63,621 bases of DNA from assembly GCA_024137785.1 (NCBI GenBank), contig JAHRHZ010000111.1, positions 34,731,830 to 34,795,450 of the forward strand, given 5' to 3'. Shown piece by piece: positions 26,691 through 41,219 of the stretch. A model generated the notes under the pieces. The model was not told the DNA's origin and did no database searches. It saw only the letters and a list, made by a program, of their open reading frames with translations. Positions within the stretch are counted from its first letter, which is position 1, and each line of letters starts with the position of its first letter. The position numbers and the translations under genes were made by a program. Origin of the DNA: Ginglymostoma cirratum (lineage: Eukaryota).

Positions 26691-28179
26691 ATGGGTTTTA
26701 CCAGTTTCTACCTCCCCCTCACTTACAAACTCTAAGCCCAGATATTATTGGCTGAAAGAGACCTCTTCAATTTTCTCCTCAGAATGCCTGTTCCATAGAT
26801 TGTGACCTGGCTCACTAAAATAAAAATTAAAGCAAGTGGCAGGGTTGATGGGTTTGGCTTTGGATTTGGAAGAAAAATCCAGGAAATTGATGGATATCTT
26901 CACCTGGCCCTCACAGATATAAATTATTTAGCTTCTGTCTGAACCCAGCATGTTCAAACTCAGAGTGGGTACTAGGAAACCAGTGTCAAAACCCCACAGG
27001 ATTGCTGCTTGGTTTTGTAAGCTCCTTATAAACCTGATATTGGGGTCCTAATGTACACCAGAATATTTAGTCTCATCTTGGAGCTAAATATTATTGGCCA
27101 CATTGACCCCAGCAGAAGATTGGAGGGAGTCATGGAAACAGGCAGGTGATAATGCATTCTAGTCAGAACATCAACCTTGGCTCTCTGGAACTTTATACGA
27201 GATGTTTTTGAAGCTGTTAGGCACCCCAGCTCTCATTCCCCACATTTCCTCACCTCTCAACCATTTCCCACAGCATACTCCTCAGCCACTTCCTTGGCCA
27301 CTCATTTATTATGCATCATGGGGTGATCTCAGGAGTCATGTGAAGATGAAAAAAGAAACAAACACATAACAATGTAATGCAGCTCTCAGTCATATACACT
27401 TAGTAATGGGTAAGAATCCCATTCATGGAACCTATTCAAAACTTTTAAACCTCATCAAGTCATTAAACCGTTCTTTAAACTCATGCGCAATTCTATTCAG
27501 CCACACAGCAAAAGCTGCAAATCTTTTAGTACCTTTTTTACATTGTCAGACTGTGAACACTGGACCTTGTGTGCAGATAATGTTTTTCTGTTTTTAAAAG
27601 TTAACCAAACATTCATAATGACCTAATCGAACCTTGAAAAATGATAAACAGAGATCTCCATTCTATATATCTTCACAAGATGGCCTATCAAGCAAAGCAG
27701 TTCAATGGATTTTTTTTTAAACAAAGCTCTATTGACAGCTTAAGTTTGTTGTTTCCGAGTTTGAAGAGAATATAGAATCTTTTGGGACTTGAACATATGT
27801 TATCCACTGTTTAAGAGCATTTATATCTGCTCCAACAATTTATGAGTCCCACACTGTGACTTTAGGTGCTTCTAACAGGCAAAATAAAGTCTATTTCAAC
27901 TCATCACTAAGTTTAAATGGCCCCGTTGAGTGCAAGAGACATTTTCCCTTATGTTTAAATCACAACTTGTTCCTTTTCTCTTGATACAAAATGGGATCTG
28001 TCAGAAACGGAGCTGGGACTTCTTCATCCATCTCCTGATCACCATTTTTAAAAGTCTGTGGAATCTACCTGACACCACAAAAATCTGCCCAGTGTCTCTA
28101 TTGCATGGAATACCATCTCTGCATATTATATCACTCATGCTGTTGGAACAAGTGTCCCTCCCTTAAAAAAATGAGCTGC

Positions 28180-28350
28180 CAGCAGCTGGTACAAATGCAA
28201 CATTTAAAAGGCATCTGGATGGGTATATGAATGGGAAGGGCTTAGAGGGATATGGGCAAATGCTGGTAAATGGAATTAGACTAATTTAGAACATTTGGTC
28301 AGCAAGGATGAGTTGGACCGAAGGGTCTGTTTCATACTGTATATCTCTCT
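28180..28350 (+). mobile_element. CR1 3' tail
   Basis: tttaaaaggcatctggatgggtatatgaat... same family as 52360-52525. Confidence 0.75.
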
Positions 28351-30679
28351 CTCTCTAGCACCAGTTAAAAAAAAAAAGACCATGACTGTTTAGTCTTATC
28401 ATTTCTTGCTTATGGCATCTTGATCCGTGCAAATTGACTGCTGCATCTATCAGCAAAAGAATGACTGTAGTTTAAAATTAATTCATTGGCTATGATGATG
28501 CTGTCACACTGCTGACATTATTTAAAATAGTTTACCATCAGTTTTCTGAAAGAGTCATCTTCTTTCAATTTCAATAGGGGGAACTCTCACCTTGCCCTGT
28601 TTACTTGCCTTCAGGATCTATGAACTTCCATGCATTATTTATTTAGCTGCATTAGTCATTGCATAAACAATGCATTGCCAAAATTAATGTCTATTTCACT
28701 ATAATGTTGTAATGACAATGAAAATGACCAGAACATTACGGTACTTTCATTAGAAAGTCATTACTTCCAATTAATCTATTGAACACAGCTGTAATATCAA
28801 TACCAATGTATATTCTTGTGAGTTCAGATTGGCTTTAACATAAAGGGAAGTAATCATTCTTACCATAGTCAATAGTTATCCATATAACAGTTGTACAAGC
28901 TTCTTTAAAAAAATGTTATTGATCGACTCTATGTAACAGGATGCGAATTCCAAGGGAAACATTAGAGACAATTTGAAGTGATGTAGTATTAAAGGTAATA
29001 AAATGATCAGGAATGCTGAGCATGAAACTGTAATGCTGCAAATCCAAACTGGTCAGAGCTGCCTGGTATTAATCTGGTGCACTTTGGATAAATTAGATTC
29101 ACACTAGCTGCATGAATTGGCCAATTCATAGTCAGGAAGATGTTGTTGTCAAAGTTAAATTAAACATTTCTCATGTTTTGTACTTGACTTTGTAAATAAT
29201 CAGGTCTATTGTTATTAGATACACTTAACACTCCAATTTGCTGATAATATGGAAAACCATTAAAAAGGTTAAATATAGGATTAAAAACTTTACATGTTCT
29301 TATAAAGCCACGTAAGAACATCATTATGGAGCAGGTTCCAGACCAATTTTCGTGTTACATTGTAAAAATATAGGTCTCAATTAACAATTGATGGAGAAAA
29401 CATTCTTTTTTCTGCTATCTGTCGATATATTTTCATGCAGGAACATCATAATTTGTCAAATCATTGTATACTTGTTAATAAACATGTACATTTCAACAGA
29501 TTTATTTACAATTTCTAGCTGCTTCATCAATGACTTTCTTTCCAGCGTAGTGACAGAATTGGAGATATTTACTAATGATTGAACAATGTTCAACACTATT
29601 TGTGACTCTCAGATATTAAAGCACATGCAGCAGGCATCATCCTGACGAGCTGATAAATGGCAACTATCATTCATGCCACATAAGTGCTAAGCCATTCCCT
29701 TTTCCTGCGGCCTCATTTCACCCCTCCGCCTTGAAATCGCCTGCACCTACCTGTTCTGGGACCCTGGGACTGAAAGTCTGGGAGCTGCTTTTTTAGTTCT
29801 TGTCCTGGCCACTACTGCCATTGGCACTAATTGAACCATAGAGCTGCTGGCCAATCTGATTGTGGCAGGAATGCAGCTCCAAGTAGACAGATCTAGAGCA
29901 GGAAGGTACATCACGATAAGTGGAGTCAGTGAGACCGTGGTTACTGGTTGTGGGGACAGATTGATAACGAAGTTATCAGTATACATAATCTCCTTCTCCT
30001 CTTCCCATTTCTCCCTCACCTCATAATTTTGCTAATAATGTAAGCATTCACATCTCTAATATTTTTCTTTCTTCATCATAGTCTAACAGGAATGGAGAAA
30101 GTGGAATTCCTTTTGGAAAATAGCTGAGTTCACATTCAGTGTAAACAAAACAGTGTTAGTGGTCAATAATAGCTCATATCTATCACGCTCACTCCACCAG
30201 CTTCTCGCTAATTAAAGAGAATGAGAAGAAAGCATTCTTAATTGTATAGAAAGCTTCTGTGACCTTTCTTATATAGTGATGCAATGCAAATTATTCAATG
30301 CACCTTGTATCTCTGACAACATCCGGAAGGAGACAGATGCATAAAAAAACTAAGCAAGTTGCCTTTGAAAGCTACAGGCAATCCAGTCCATGCTCTGCTT
30401 TGAAGTTACAATTGTATGCAAAGATTCAATAGGCATTTATTACAGCTCCTGGCATCTGTGACCTGGCATCTGGCATCTACAATGACAGGCACTGCTGTGT
30501 CTGGGCTAGTGCTGAACAATTTGGGAACAAATTGTAGCAGAGGTTATTGCTACAAGTGGCACCAGTAAGTGGAGACTGATACCTTTATATCTCGAGGTTA
30601 TATGTTGATGATATTATGAGAGTGTCACTTCGAAGTATATTACAAAGCAGCTGTGAGACATAACACAATGACACACACG

Positions 30680-31490
30680 GGGAGGGACTTCGGGTATTGC
30701 AACTGAATGTCAATGAAGGAACAGTGATACACTCTCAACTGAGGAGAATGTATATCTTGGAGTGCGAGATGCAAATGGAGGCATTCCATGCATCTGCTAC
30801 TTTAGTCCTTCTAAGTGGTAGGGACTGTGGTTTAAAATGTGCCATTGAAGGACCCTTGTTGAGTTACTGAGGTGTACCTTGTAAATGGTACACATTGCTG
30901 CCACTGCGCATCAGTGATGAAGGGACTGGATGTTGAAAGTAACTGATGGAATGACAGACAATTGGAACTCTCTGGCCTGATAGTATCCAGCTTCGTGAGT
31001 GTTGTGGGAGCTGCACTAATGCAGACAAGTACAGAGTATTCTCCTCCACTCCTGGCCTGTGCCTTAGAGATAGTGGACAGACATGAGGCTGACAGGAATT
31101 GAGTTACTGTCTGCAAATCTCCCAGCCTCTGATCTGTTCGTGTAGCCACAGTAATTATATGGCTGGTCTAGTTCAGTTTCTAGTCAGTGGTAGCCTCCAG
31201 GATGCTGATAGTGGGAGATTCAGCAATAATAGTGCCATTAGATACGTAATGGTTAAATTCACTGTCGTTGGAGAATTGCCTGGTACTGAGTGTGACTGAG
31301 TGTGACAAAACATTACTTGTCACTTATTAGCCCCAGCCTGGAGATTGTTCAGGTCTTACTGCATTTGGATATGGACTGCTTCAGTGTCTGAGGAGTGTGA
31401 ATGATGCTGAATGTTGTGCAACTACCAGCCAACATCCCAACTTCTGACCTTATGAAAGCGAGTAGGTCATTGATTAAGCAGTATAAGATG
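30680..31490 (-). mobile_element. CR1/L2-group LINE 3' remnant
   Basis: ORFs 30832..31149 (ISAAPTTLTKLDTI) and 31349..31582 (LINDLLAFIRSEVGM). Confidence 0.75.
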
Positions 31491-32019
31491 ATTGGCCACA
31501 GCTGAATAGCTACTTCAATAAGATACCAAAGAATAGGCAGCAAATCATTGAGAAATGGCACAACATTTTGTTTGGAAACCAAAGTCTAAAAAACAATAAA
31601 CCTAATCCATTAATTTGTTACACCAGACTTCAATGACTAAACTGGTTTTTAGAAGTATGCTGTAACAACAGTATATATTGAACTTCATAATTCTCCTGGC
31701 AACATGCAGCACCGCAGATGTGTGTGTGTGTCCATGACATTTTCAATTAAAAATGTTCAATTAAAATGACTGGATTATACAGTTAAAATAACTGATGTTT
31801 CTCAGCTCATTCAGCAACAATAGGTGCCAGAATGGAAAATTTATGCATGTTTTTGCCTCAGCCACTCTTTGTTGCACTTCAGTTCTTTCATTGCAGATAT
31901 ATCTTATTGCAACAGCACATGTGAGAGTATCTTAATATTCTATTCTGCACCCGTCTTATCAAATTATCTGTTTATATCAGAGATCGAACTGATAAACAAA
32001 ATCATTTCTAACTTGTACA

Positions 32020-32600
32020 AAAAGTTATAGGTCATGATATAGTGGCCGGTGGATATAAAATTGGCTGAAGGGCAGGAAACAGATAGTATTGGTTGATAGA
32101 AATTTTAGGGCTCGAACAAGGTCTATAATGGAATTCTCCAAGGTCAGTTTTTCGGACTCTTGTTTTTCTTAATATATAACTAATCTAGGTGTTGACCTGC
32201 AGGAGGCAGTTTCTGGGTTTGTGGATGCTACAAAACTTAGAAGCTTTGTTAACGTTGAGGTGAACAATACTAAACTATAAAGACATGGACAAGTTCGTAG
32301 ACTGAGCAGATAGGTGGCTAATGAAGTCCAATTTGGAGAAGTACAAAGTGTTTTTTTTGTTCAAATTAACATGATGATACAGTTTAAATAAAGGGCTACC
32401 CTAAAGGGTGGACAGCTGAAGACAAACCTGTTCTAGATCAGAAACTTCCAGGGGAGATATGATCACTAAATGTGTTCAAGGCTGAACTGGGGTCTTGATT
32501 GACAGGAAAATTTGAGGTTAGGGAGAGCAAGCAGTAGAGTAAGTTGAGGCCATAATTGGATCAAACTATAAAGCTGCTGAAGGAGAAGAGCCAGACGCGT
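32020..32600 (+). mobile_element. Old CR1 RT remnant
   Basis: WIxNWLxGRKQxV, GILQGQ and FVDATKL-like motifs. Confidence 0.55.
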
Positions 32601-32918
32601 GGTGCTGGCATTTTGGAGCACTATGAATGAACCCTGTTACTAGTTTGAGTCATTATCCCTGCTCAGTTCTAGATTATAAAACATATAACACTACTCTCAG
32701 TTACGGGTCGCCACAGATCCTCTTGCCTAGGTCTTCAAATAAAAGCCAGCACGAGACAACATTCCATATAAACTTGAAGAATAAAAAATGTTCAATATTA
32801 CATAAAACTCACCTAAATGCCCTTGTTAAATTCCTTGGAAACTGTCTTGACCAATACCATTCTATTCCATTAGTTATCTGGTAGATGGAGGTAGATGGTC
32901 TTACAGGATAACCTTAAG

Positions 32919-33206
32919 CATAGAATACCTACAGTGCGGAAGCAGGCAACTTAGCCCATCGAGTCCACACCAACCATCCGAAGAGCATCGTCCCCATAGT
33001 CACACCCCCTACTCTACCTCTGTAACCCTGCATTTCCCATGGCTAATCCACTTAGGACTGTAGGAGGAAACTGGAGCATCCAGACGAAACTCATGTGGGC
33101 ACGGGGAGAGTGTGCAAACTCTCACACCATTGCCCAAGGGTGGAACTGAAGCTAGATCTCTGGCGCTGTGAGGCAGCCATGCTGGCCACTGAGCCACCAT
33201 GTACCC
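32919..33206 (-). mobile_element. HE1-type V-SINE
   Basis: Reverse complement gtggctcagtggccagcatggctgcctcacagcgccagaga..., V-domain and CR1-like tail. Confidence 0.85.
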
Positions 33207-34603
33207 GAACCACTGTTGGGTCTAGAAGGCTTGGCATTGAACAGTACAATAGGAGACAAGAGTCTAACCTGACTTGCAACAGGAACTGCAAGTTCAGAGT
33301 GTGAATGCAGAGGGAAGACGAATGGTTCAGGACAGTGCCTCAGCAATCAGATTGATCTGCTGAGGGCAGATTAGTGCATGATCCCAAAAAGTCTTTGGCA
33401 ACCACAGCTGCAATCTGTATGTGTGACAACAAATTGAGGTTTTGTAACTTTCGCCTGAACCTGTACTGCTGAGAGGGATGTTGAGGTACAGCAACTGAAG
33501 TTGTCATTGGCCATTAGAGGTGGCTCAGTCTACAGGTTTGCATGGAGCTGGCCATTTCTGTGAAAGTAGTATCCTCCATTTTGCTTGACAATAGCAGTTG
33601 TCTTTCTGTCAGATCTGTTGATATAACAAACTTGTGTAGATGCACCCACCAATTTATTCCTATAAACTGCTTCAACAAAGTTGTCCTCTGCAGTAAAATG
33701 TCTGTAAATAGAGTGGCCCATGCACAACAATTTCCCCTCCCCTGGCTGCAGCCTTATGTTTATCACCTTTCTGAAAGAATGCAAGACAAGTGAAGATGTG
33801 GAAATACAAGTTAATGCTCATTAGTTATTTAAACAACAAATGACCTGTTGCCACCAAATCAAACACAAGGTTCTGAGATGAGGCCACTGTCTATACTAAT
33901 GAAACAAAGAGGATTTTAATCTGAACAAAAGCTAATGAGCCTTCATTAAGTGGAATGTAAGCATTATAACAATCTCCAATGAGACCCCCATCCTGCTGCA
34001 AAACTGCTCACTTCCAGTTTAATGGATATAAGGAATGCTGTTGCTAAGCACCCAATTGGTCCCTGGAGGCTGGTTAACCAAAAAATATTTTAATGAGGTC
34101 ACCCCTTAATTTAATCCATATTTTAATCCTGGTGGCCGGAAACCTGACCATTTTAACGAAGGAAAGGTGGCTGTATGGAATAGTCATTTCAATGGCTGCT
34201 ACTGGGTCGGGGAAAATTAAATGAGATTTCTTCCTCAAAGATTGTAATCACCATCCATATGTGATTGTAACCCGCCACTGCAACAGGGGATTTGTTGCAA
34301 TAGAATGGCACTCTTAAAATCACTGGAATGTTAGTCAGCTCTTCAGATCTATTGAACAAATTCTACCATCCTAACCAGCTGTTAACTCCATCCTTTAATA
34401 CCTTTGGCTAGCAAAACTCCCTTTCCCAGTTTTAAAATCTATCACCAATGGCCATATATGGAACAATTCCGAGCTTTTAATACCCTGTGTAGGAAACTGT
34501 TTCTTAATCTCACTTGGATCCAGTTCAAATGCTCAGACTTGGCTTCACTATTTTTGCACTCACAAACAAATAGTTTTCATATCTGCCCATTTGTTTTAGA
34601 TTG

Positions 34604-34850
34604 AACAAAAACAGAAGTGGCTGCAAAAGCTCACCAGGTCTGGCAGCATCTGTGAAGGAAAAAAACAGAGTTAACGTTTCAGGTCTGGTGACCCTTCCTC
34701 AAAACTGTTCTGAGGAAGGGTCACCAAACCCGAAACATTAACTCTGAATTTTTTTTCTTCACAGATGCTGCCAGGCCTACTGAGCTTTTTCAGCAACTTC
34801 TGTTTTTGTTCCTGATTTACAGCATCCGCAGTTCTTTCGGTTTTTCTTTC
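34604..34850. mobile_element. Fold-back PLE terminal-repeat element with two head-to-head hammerhead motifs (34669-34706 minus, 34706-34743 plus)
   Basis: Arms are reverse complements around 34706; TSD AGATTGAAC at 34598-34606 and 34851-34859. Confidence 0.85.
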
Positions 34851-35399
34851 AGATTGAACTTTGATCAAGTCACTCAATCTTCTAAATTTCTAAGAGGTTC
34901 ACCCATTTTACATGATCTTCCTCAAAATTTTATCTTTTGAATAAATCTATGCTGCTCACCCAAAGTCAATATATCCTTCCTAAGATCTATAGCCCAAAAT
35001 TGTTCTGTGTGTAAAAGGTCAACAATCCTGATGGAGAGTTCTAGACATTTGACCCAGCAAGTGGATTAGGCAAAATGTAGTTTCGAGTCAGGATGGTGTG
35101 AGACTTGGGAGGAAATTTGCAGGGTGTACCCTGATTTTCTGCTAAACTTCTTCCTCCAGGTGGTAGAGGTTTGGAAGTTTTTGTCAAAGGAGCCTATGTG
35201 TTGCTACATTGTATTTTGTAGATGGCATGTGCTCTGTGCACAGGTGAAACAAGTGATATTTGAAGGTGGTGAATGGATTGCCAATGAAGCAGATGGATTT
35301 CACCCAGAGTGTGAGCGTTGTTGGAGTTGTACTCATCCAGGCAAGTGGGGAGTATTACATCGCATTCCTGATTTCTGCTGTGTAGCTTAGAGGGCAGGA

Positions 35400-35535
35400 A
35401 TAAAACAAAGAACTCTGGATGCTGGAGATCCGAAACATAAGAACAAAGTGCTGGAGAAACTCAGCAGGTCTGACAGCATCTGTAGGGAGGAGAACAATTA
35501 ACAGGTTGAGTCCAGTGACCCTTCATCAGAACTGA
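35400..35535 (-). mobile_element. PLE terminal-repeat fragment with decayed hammerhead (35495-35534), inside a LINE remnant (~35020-36360, minus)
   Basis: Reverse complement CAGUU CUGAUGA A GGGUC ACUG GACUC..., GAAA lost. Confidence 0.65.
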
Positions 35536-35606
35536 AAGAACTGGGAAATGGTATCAGTGTAAACTTCATCAGAACTGAAAGAACTGGGAAATGGTATCAG
35601 TGTAAA
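35521..35606. repeat. Perfect 43-bp tandem duplication
   Basis: cttcatcagaactgaaagaactgggaaatggtatcagtgtaaa x2. Confidence 0.95.
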
Positions 35607-36772
35607 CGTTACCATTGCCACCAGAATCTGAGTTATTCACGATGCCTTGCTTCCGACATGCTCTTGCAACCACAGTATTGGCTGATTTGATTCATTTCTA
35701 CTGTTTGAATTGTACAGAAGTGTTGACAAATTAGAATTGGCAGCCCCGAAGAGGCACTGTAAACAAATCAAATGATTAAACCATCTACAATTGAACTATC
35801 ACGTTCGTTATGAATTGTTTCCGTTCCTAGTCAATCATAACTTGAGATGTCAGTGGGTGATTCAGCAAAGGTGGTGTCAGTGCACATCAAGAGGTATATA
35901 GTTTGCTTCTCTCTTTTTGGAAGCTGGCACTTGAGGCATCAAAGTGACTGTCAGTTACAAGCCTGGATATTGCTCAGGTTTACTAGGCCCTGCTGTCCAC
36001 CCCCATAGACATAGGCTGCTTCTGTATCTGAGTAGGAAATGGTGCTAAGCGTTATGCTTTCATCAACAAATGTCCCTAGTTCTGACTTTTATGATGGAAG
36101 GAAAGTGGTTGATGAAACTGCTGGGCCTATGGCACCAACCTGAGGAATACTTGTAGTAATGTCATAGGCTGAGATCAACTCCAACCATAATCATTGTTCT
36201 TTTATGATAAGCATGACTTCATTGCTAAGCAATCAGCAGTTTCCCCTTTGGTTCCTATTGACTCCAGTTTTGCAAGGGTTCTTTCTGACCCATTCATTCT
36301 AATGTTGTTTTGATGTGACGGGAAGCCACTCTCACTTTCCCTAGGTTTATGAATCCTATAGTAATGGACTTGCTGAGGTAGTCAAGTACAGATCCTTGCA
36401 AGATACCATTGCATCCTGCCAATTAGGGTATCTACCAACTACCACCACTAGCTCCAGTCACTCAGCCAGTTTCCTAATTAAGTCAATTTGGCTTCATTCC
36501 ATGAACTACAACTTGAGTTAACAATCTCAATAAGGAAATGTTTTCTAAACATCCACATAGAGAAACATTAAGGATTCCTGTATCCATAACTTCAATCATC
36601 TCTTCAAAAGATTTGATCAGATGAATTTGCAGACACATTGCATTTGGCTGGCTCTTTCTGAGCTGAAGGTGTAAGATGCTTAGTCACTGTACTAATTATA
36701 GATAAGCAATCCTCTAACAACTGATCTTCAGCTAATTGGCTTATAATTCCCTTGTTTCTTATTTGAAATGTG

Positions 36773-36894
36773 GGAAGGCTGTTGCGGCGCAGCAGTAGTG
36801 TCCCTACGTCTGAACCAGGTGGCCCAGGTTTAACTTTAACCCAGACGAGAAGTATGAAATAGTATTTCAGAACAAGTCAACAGGAAAATGTTTG
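36773..36894 (+). mobile_element. Short tRNA-derived SINE
   Basis: A/B-box-like ggcgcagcagtag and ccaggtttaact; 11-bp TSD TTTGAAATGTG (36762-36772, 36895-36905); related copies on minus strand at ~43075-43180 and ~45040-45125. Confidence 0.7.
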
Positions 36895-37454
36895 TTTGAA
36901 ATGTGTAGTGACTTGTGCAAATTTCCAACCTAGAGGAATAAGTGCTGAAACGAGAGAAATTTGAAAGAGTGTCATGGTGTCTGCAATCTTTTCACTTACT
37001 TCCTTTCAAGGCTCTGCAAAAGAAATCATCTGACTTTGGGATTTGCTTCTTTAAAAGGAGAAAATAATCCCATTGCTGTTTGTGTCAATTTTGGTACCCT
37101 GCACCCGAATCAATGTCGTGCTTACCTCTTACTGTAAATAGAGATACAAAGTGATTCTATGAAATGTCCACCATTTCCTTGTTTTGCCAACGTCACTGCC
37201 ACCAATTACTCCTGACCACTTTTGCTAATTAAAATTGCAAACATTTGTTTTAATTCTGATAATGATTGAAATATTATCGCCTCTGGTGTGGCTCTTGCAG
37301 CATTAAGGGAGGTTCAGTTTTTCAGAATTATGAAGGATATTGGTAACATGATTAGGAAATTTGTGGCCAGTGACTGGAGGATAACCCAATAACCAATAGC
37401 CAAAGAATAGAACTGAGAGAATTGGTAAAGGGAGGGAGTTGAAAAAAATTTTAT

Positions 37455-37670
37455 AGATTACACAGTGTGGAGCTGAATGAACACAACAGGACAGGCAGCA
37501 GCAGAAGAGCAGGAAAGCTGACATTTCGGGTCGGGATCCTTCTTCAGAAAGAAGGGTCCCGACCTGAAACATCAACATCCCTGCTCCTCTGATGCTGCCT
37601 GGCCTGCTGTGTCCCTCTAGCTCCACACTGTGTTATCTCTGACTCCAGCATCGGCAGTTCTTACTATCTC
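37455..37670. mobile_element. Fold-back PLE terminal-repeat element, junction inside hammerhead motifs (~37549)
   Basis: Minus-arm motif CUGAAGA A GGAUC CC GACCC GAAA UGUC; plus arm starts aagaagggtcccgacctgaaacatc; TSD-like aaaaatttt both sides. Confidence 0.8.
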
Positions 37671-38779
37671 CGAAAAATTTTCATTGTAGCATTATTTTGA
37701 TCCAGAATGCTTTGCTGTGAAAAGTGGTGGAAACAAATATAATAGCTTTCACAGAAAATTGATAGTATCCTTGAAAGGAACTTTTAGAGCTCAGAGAAAG
37801 GATCAGGTGGTAAAGCTACATAGATAGGTTTTTCAAGCATCTTACATAGCCAAATCGCTTCCTTCTGCATTATAATTCTACAATTCAATCTACTGAGCTT
37901 CTATCATCAATTCAGTACCCATTGATCTTCATGTTCACACTTCGTAAATAACAAATGTTAAAATGTGAGGTTCTGGTAGCACGATAAGATGTGCAGTTAA
38001 GAATTAAATTCTGTAGCAGTAGACTAAAGTAGAAATGTTTGCCCTAAATCTGTGCTGCACTGTTTTCCAATTGAATTGATGCCTCTGAAGGCTTGAAAAT
38101 GAGCTAGGCTGCAATTAGCTTTGCTTGCCAGCCTAAGGTGATAATAAACTGTTAGTGCATTTGCAGTAAATGACTTATACTTTCAGGTAAACTACCATGT
38201 CTTTCCAACTTATTCAAGCTTCATTTGAGTTCTTTTGCAAAAGGATAATTACCTAAATTTTCAACCTGGTGGGGATACTTCTCTGCATCAGAAAAGACAA
38301 ACTCTTCTTAAAAATTCCCTTGCCACTTAAAATGAATGTTTCCCATATTTTAATCTTTCATCCAAGGAATCAAATCGTAAATTGTACTTCAAAGCATCAT
38401 CCATGAAGTATACAATTTTAATATACTGAGATTTAGTTAAGAACAAACCATCAACTTACAAGGATAATAAATCATTCCAAGCTTGGATCCTAGAAAAAAT
38501 AGTGCTTTAATTTCCTCCAGCAATTCAAAATCAGAGTTCCAAAACTAAATGCTGTTCTAGAAGTCAAATTAAAGCAGCTGTCTTGGACTGCATTGAAAAT
38601 AAAACTTGAGCATTGCCCTAAGTATTTGTTTTTTCAATTTTTTTGATTAAATAGTTGCTGTGTTTGAATAAATCCTAAATCTTTCTCAATGACTCGGAAA
38701 TTTGCAGTGTCCTTGCCCAACCAGTTGCCCAGGATGTTTGCTTGAGGCAAAGTTTAGCAACATATCTACAAGAAGACAC

Positions 38780-39400
38780 CATGTCATAGAGTCATAGAAT
38801 GATGTGTTGCCCCTCAAGCCTGTTCTGCCATACAATCAGGCTGATCTGTGACCTCACTCCTCAAATTCATCTTCCACCAAACTCTTATCAGATTACATAG
38901 TTTGTAATATTAAAATTCTAACCTGCTCAATCTACTTCCATTTGCAAAAGAGTTTCCATCTGCCATGTTGCTCATTCATTAATCCTATCCAAATTCTCAA
39001 CAAGCTGCCTTACATCTTCACTGCACACATTCCTGCTTAGCTTTATATCATCAACAAACAAAGAAACATTACAGATGGTCCTCACATCCTAATCAGTATT
39101 TTGTGAAGGTTTGGGGTACACTGATCCTTATCTTGAGTGAGCCATTTATTCCTACTGTTTTCTGCCCTAATCTATACCACTAAATCACTCCCAATCCCAT
39201 GTGCTTCAATTTTACCAAACAACCTCCTGTAAGGGAATATTGTTAAATATTTTCTGAAAATTTAAGTAAAACCACGTCAATCTCCCTATATCAAAATAAT
39301 ATCCTCAACTCCAAGTTTGACAACCATTATTTCCCACTCACAAACTAGTACTGACTATGCCCAATTGGATCACTATCATTAAAGTTTATGTATAAAAATC
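38780..39400 (-). mobile_element. Old CR1 remnant
   Basis: (catagagt) tail near 38785; FVDDIKL and IDVVLLKFSENI-like RT motifs on minus strand. Confidence 0.5.
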
Positions 39401-41219
39401 CAATTAGCCTATTTCGGTATACATTAACTATTCAATGGCTCAGGAGAGGAGACTTTACTGGTCTCTCAGACAACAGGCCCTTCAACCAGCCTTACTAAAC
39501 ATTCTTTAGTGATTTAAGTAGTCTGACCAAGCTCTGCTTGTCCCTCTTATCAGCAATTATGACAGTCCAAAAGCGACTCATGGCTATGAAATGGTTGGCA
39601 TTTCATGTGAAGGGTGCTTTCAATGCAAATTAATAATTGCATTTGTTATCAAACCAGAAGTTCAGGGCCACGTTCAATAAAAGCAGTTTGAGATATCAGT
39701 CATAATGAAAAACTCTCTCTTCAATTTTGATTTTAATTCTAAATGTTAAAGGTAACAAAACAGCACAGTGCATTCAATCACTTTAATTCTGCTGAATCAT
39801 AAATAGCGCGTTTAGTCATTTCCAGTATTCTATCTATGTGTAATTTGCTTATCTATTGTATGCATCATATTTTGTTTTACTACGCAAATCGTTGTTCATG
39901 TTAATATTTTTCAACAACATAGTAAAGATCACTGGTATTATATTTACAATTCTTCCACTCTATCCTTGTAGAAAGATTTTAATTTCTTTTTACTGCAATG
40001 TTAGTTTGCTGCTGTTTTTATGACCCTTGCACATTTTGTGTATATCTTCGTTTTGAGTCTGTGTTCCTGCCATTTATTTCTTTTGATTAGAACAAAGTCC
40101 CTGATTGAGAGACTCCATCTTGACATTTATGTCATTTATGGTAAAATTACAATAGTAACCATAGCAGCATCCGAGCTCCAAGCTGCTGCCAGCCTCATGT
40201 TTAATAACACAATCAAACCTCTCTCGAAAATGACTTTAGCTAATAGAATTTGTGGCAGATTTTCACTCGCTAGCTTTGTGCTATCAGGGCACTCCATTTG
40301 AAAATGGGCAAAAATGCAATTTCTATCAAAAGGTTGAGGCAATTGTTCTGTAAAGGAGCAGTTCAAAAAAGTGGGTGATGGATAAGTTGAACTGGGGCAG
40401 TTTAAAGTAAGCACTCACTGTAATTTGCTGCATTAAATAGATCTCTTAAAGCATTGAAAATAATTGTTTTTGTTTCTAATAAGAACACCCGCTGCCTTTT
40501 AAACTTGGGTGAAGGACAAAGGTGGAGCAACAGCGCCAGGGAGGCTGTTGGGTGTTGACAGGCAAGTCAGGAATCACATCAAGGGAACTCTCCAAGAACT
40601 TGGAAAATGTCCAGCTTCCATCATCACCATCTTGTTACCAGCTGTAGTCTGAACCAGAGACACCAGAGGTGGCCATGCACAACTGTTTGCTTTTGGCTTT
40701 GAAGGGAGCAGGAAGTTCCTGCATGGTCAGACCCCCTCCAAAGATTTCCAAGCATAGGACAATGCTGAAGTCCCTCCCAGGAACATTGATTGAATGTAAC
40801 CATAATTCTGCAATGACTTCCCTGAGCCTATTCACAATTGTTTTGATTACAACTCCACTCTTGAGTCCATCACTTCTGTTTTCTCACTTACTCTTCCTGC
40901 CGTTTTCTCTAACCCCTAGGTCCATCTGTCTTGTCATCCTGCTTCGTGGGTACTTTTGCATACTTTTGTCCTCAAAATCCCAATCCTTCAAAATTGTCCA
41001 ACCTTGATAAAAGTCTTGCTATCAGTTATGGCTTGACTTCCTCTTAGATAAGTCTACAGCTTCACTCCATAGCTCCCTAATACCACAAAGTTAATAAAGA
41101 CACTTCCACACTTCTTTTTGGACTGTCTCAACTGCCTTCTCTTTTTCTTGCTGACTCTCCCACCCGGGGATTAAACATTTTCCATCTTTCATTGGATCTG
41201 ATAGCTGGCGTAGCTTTCA

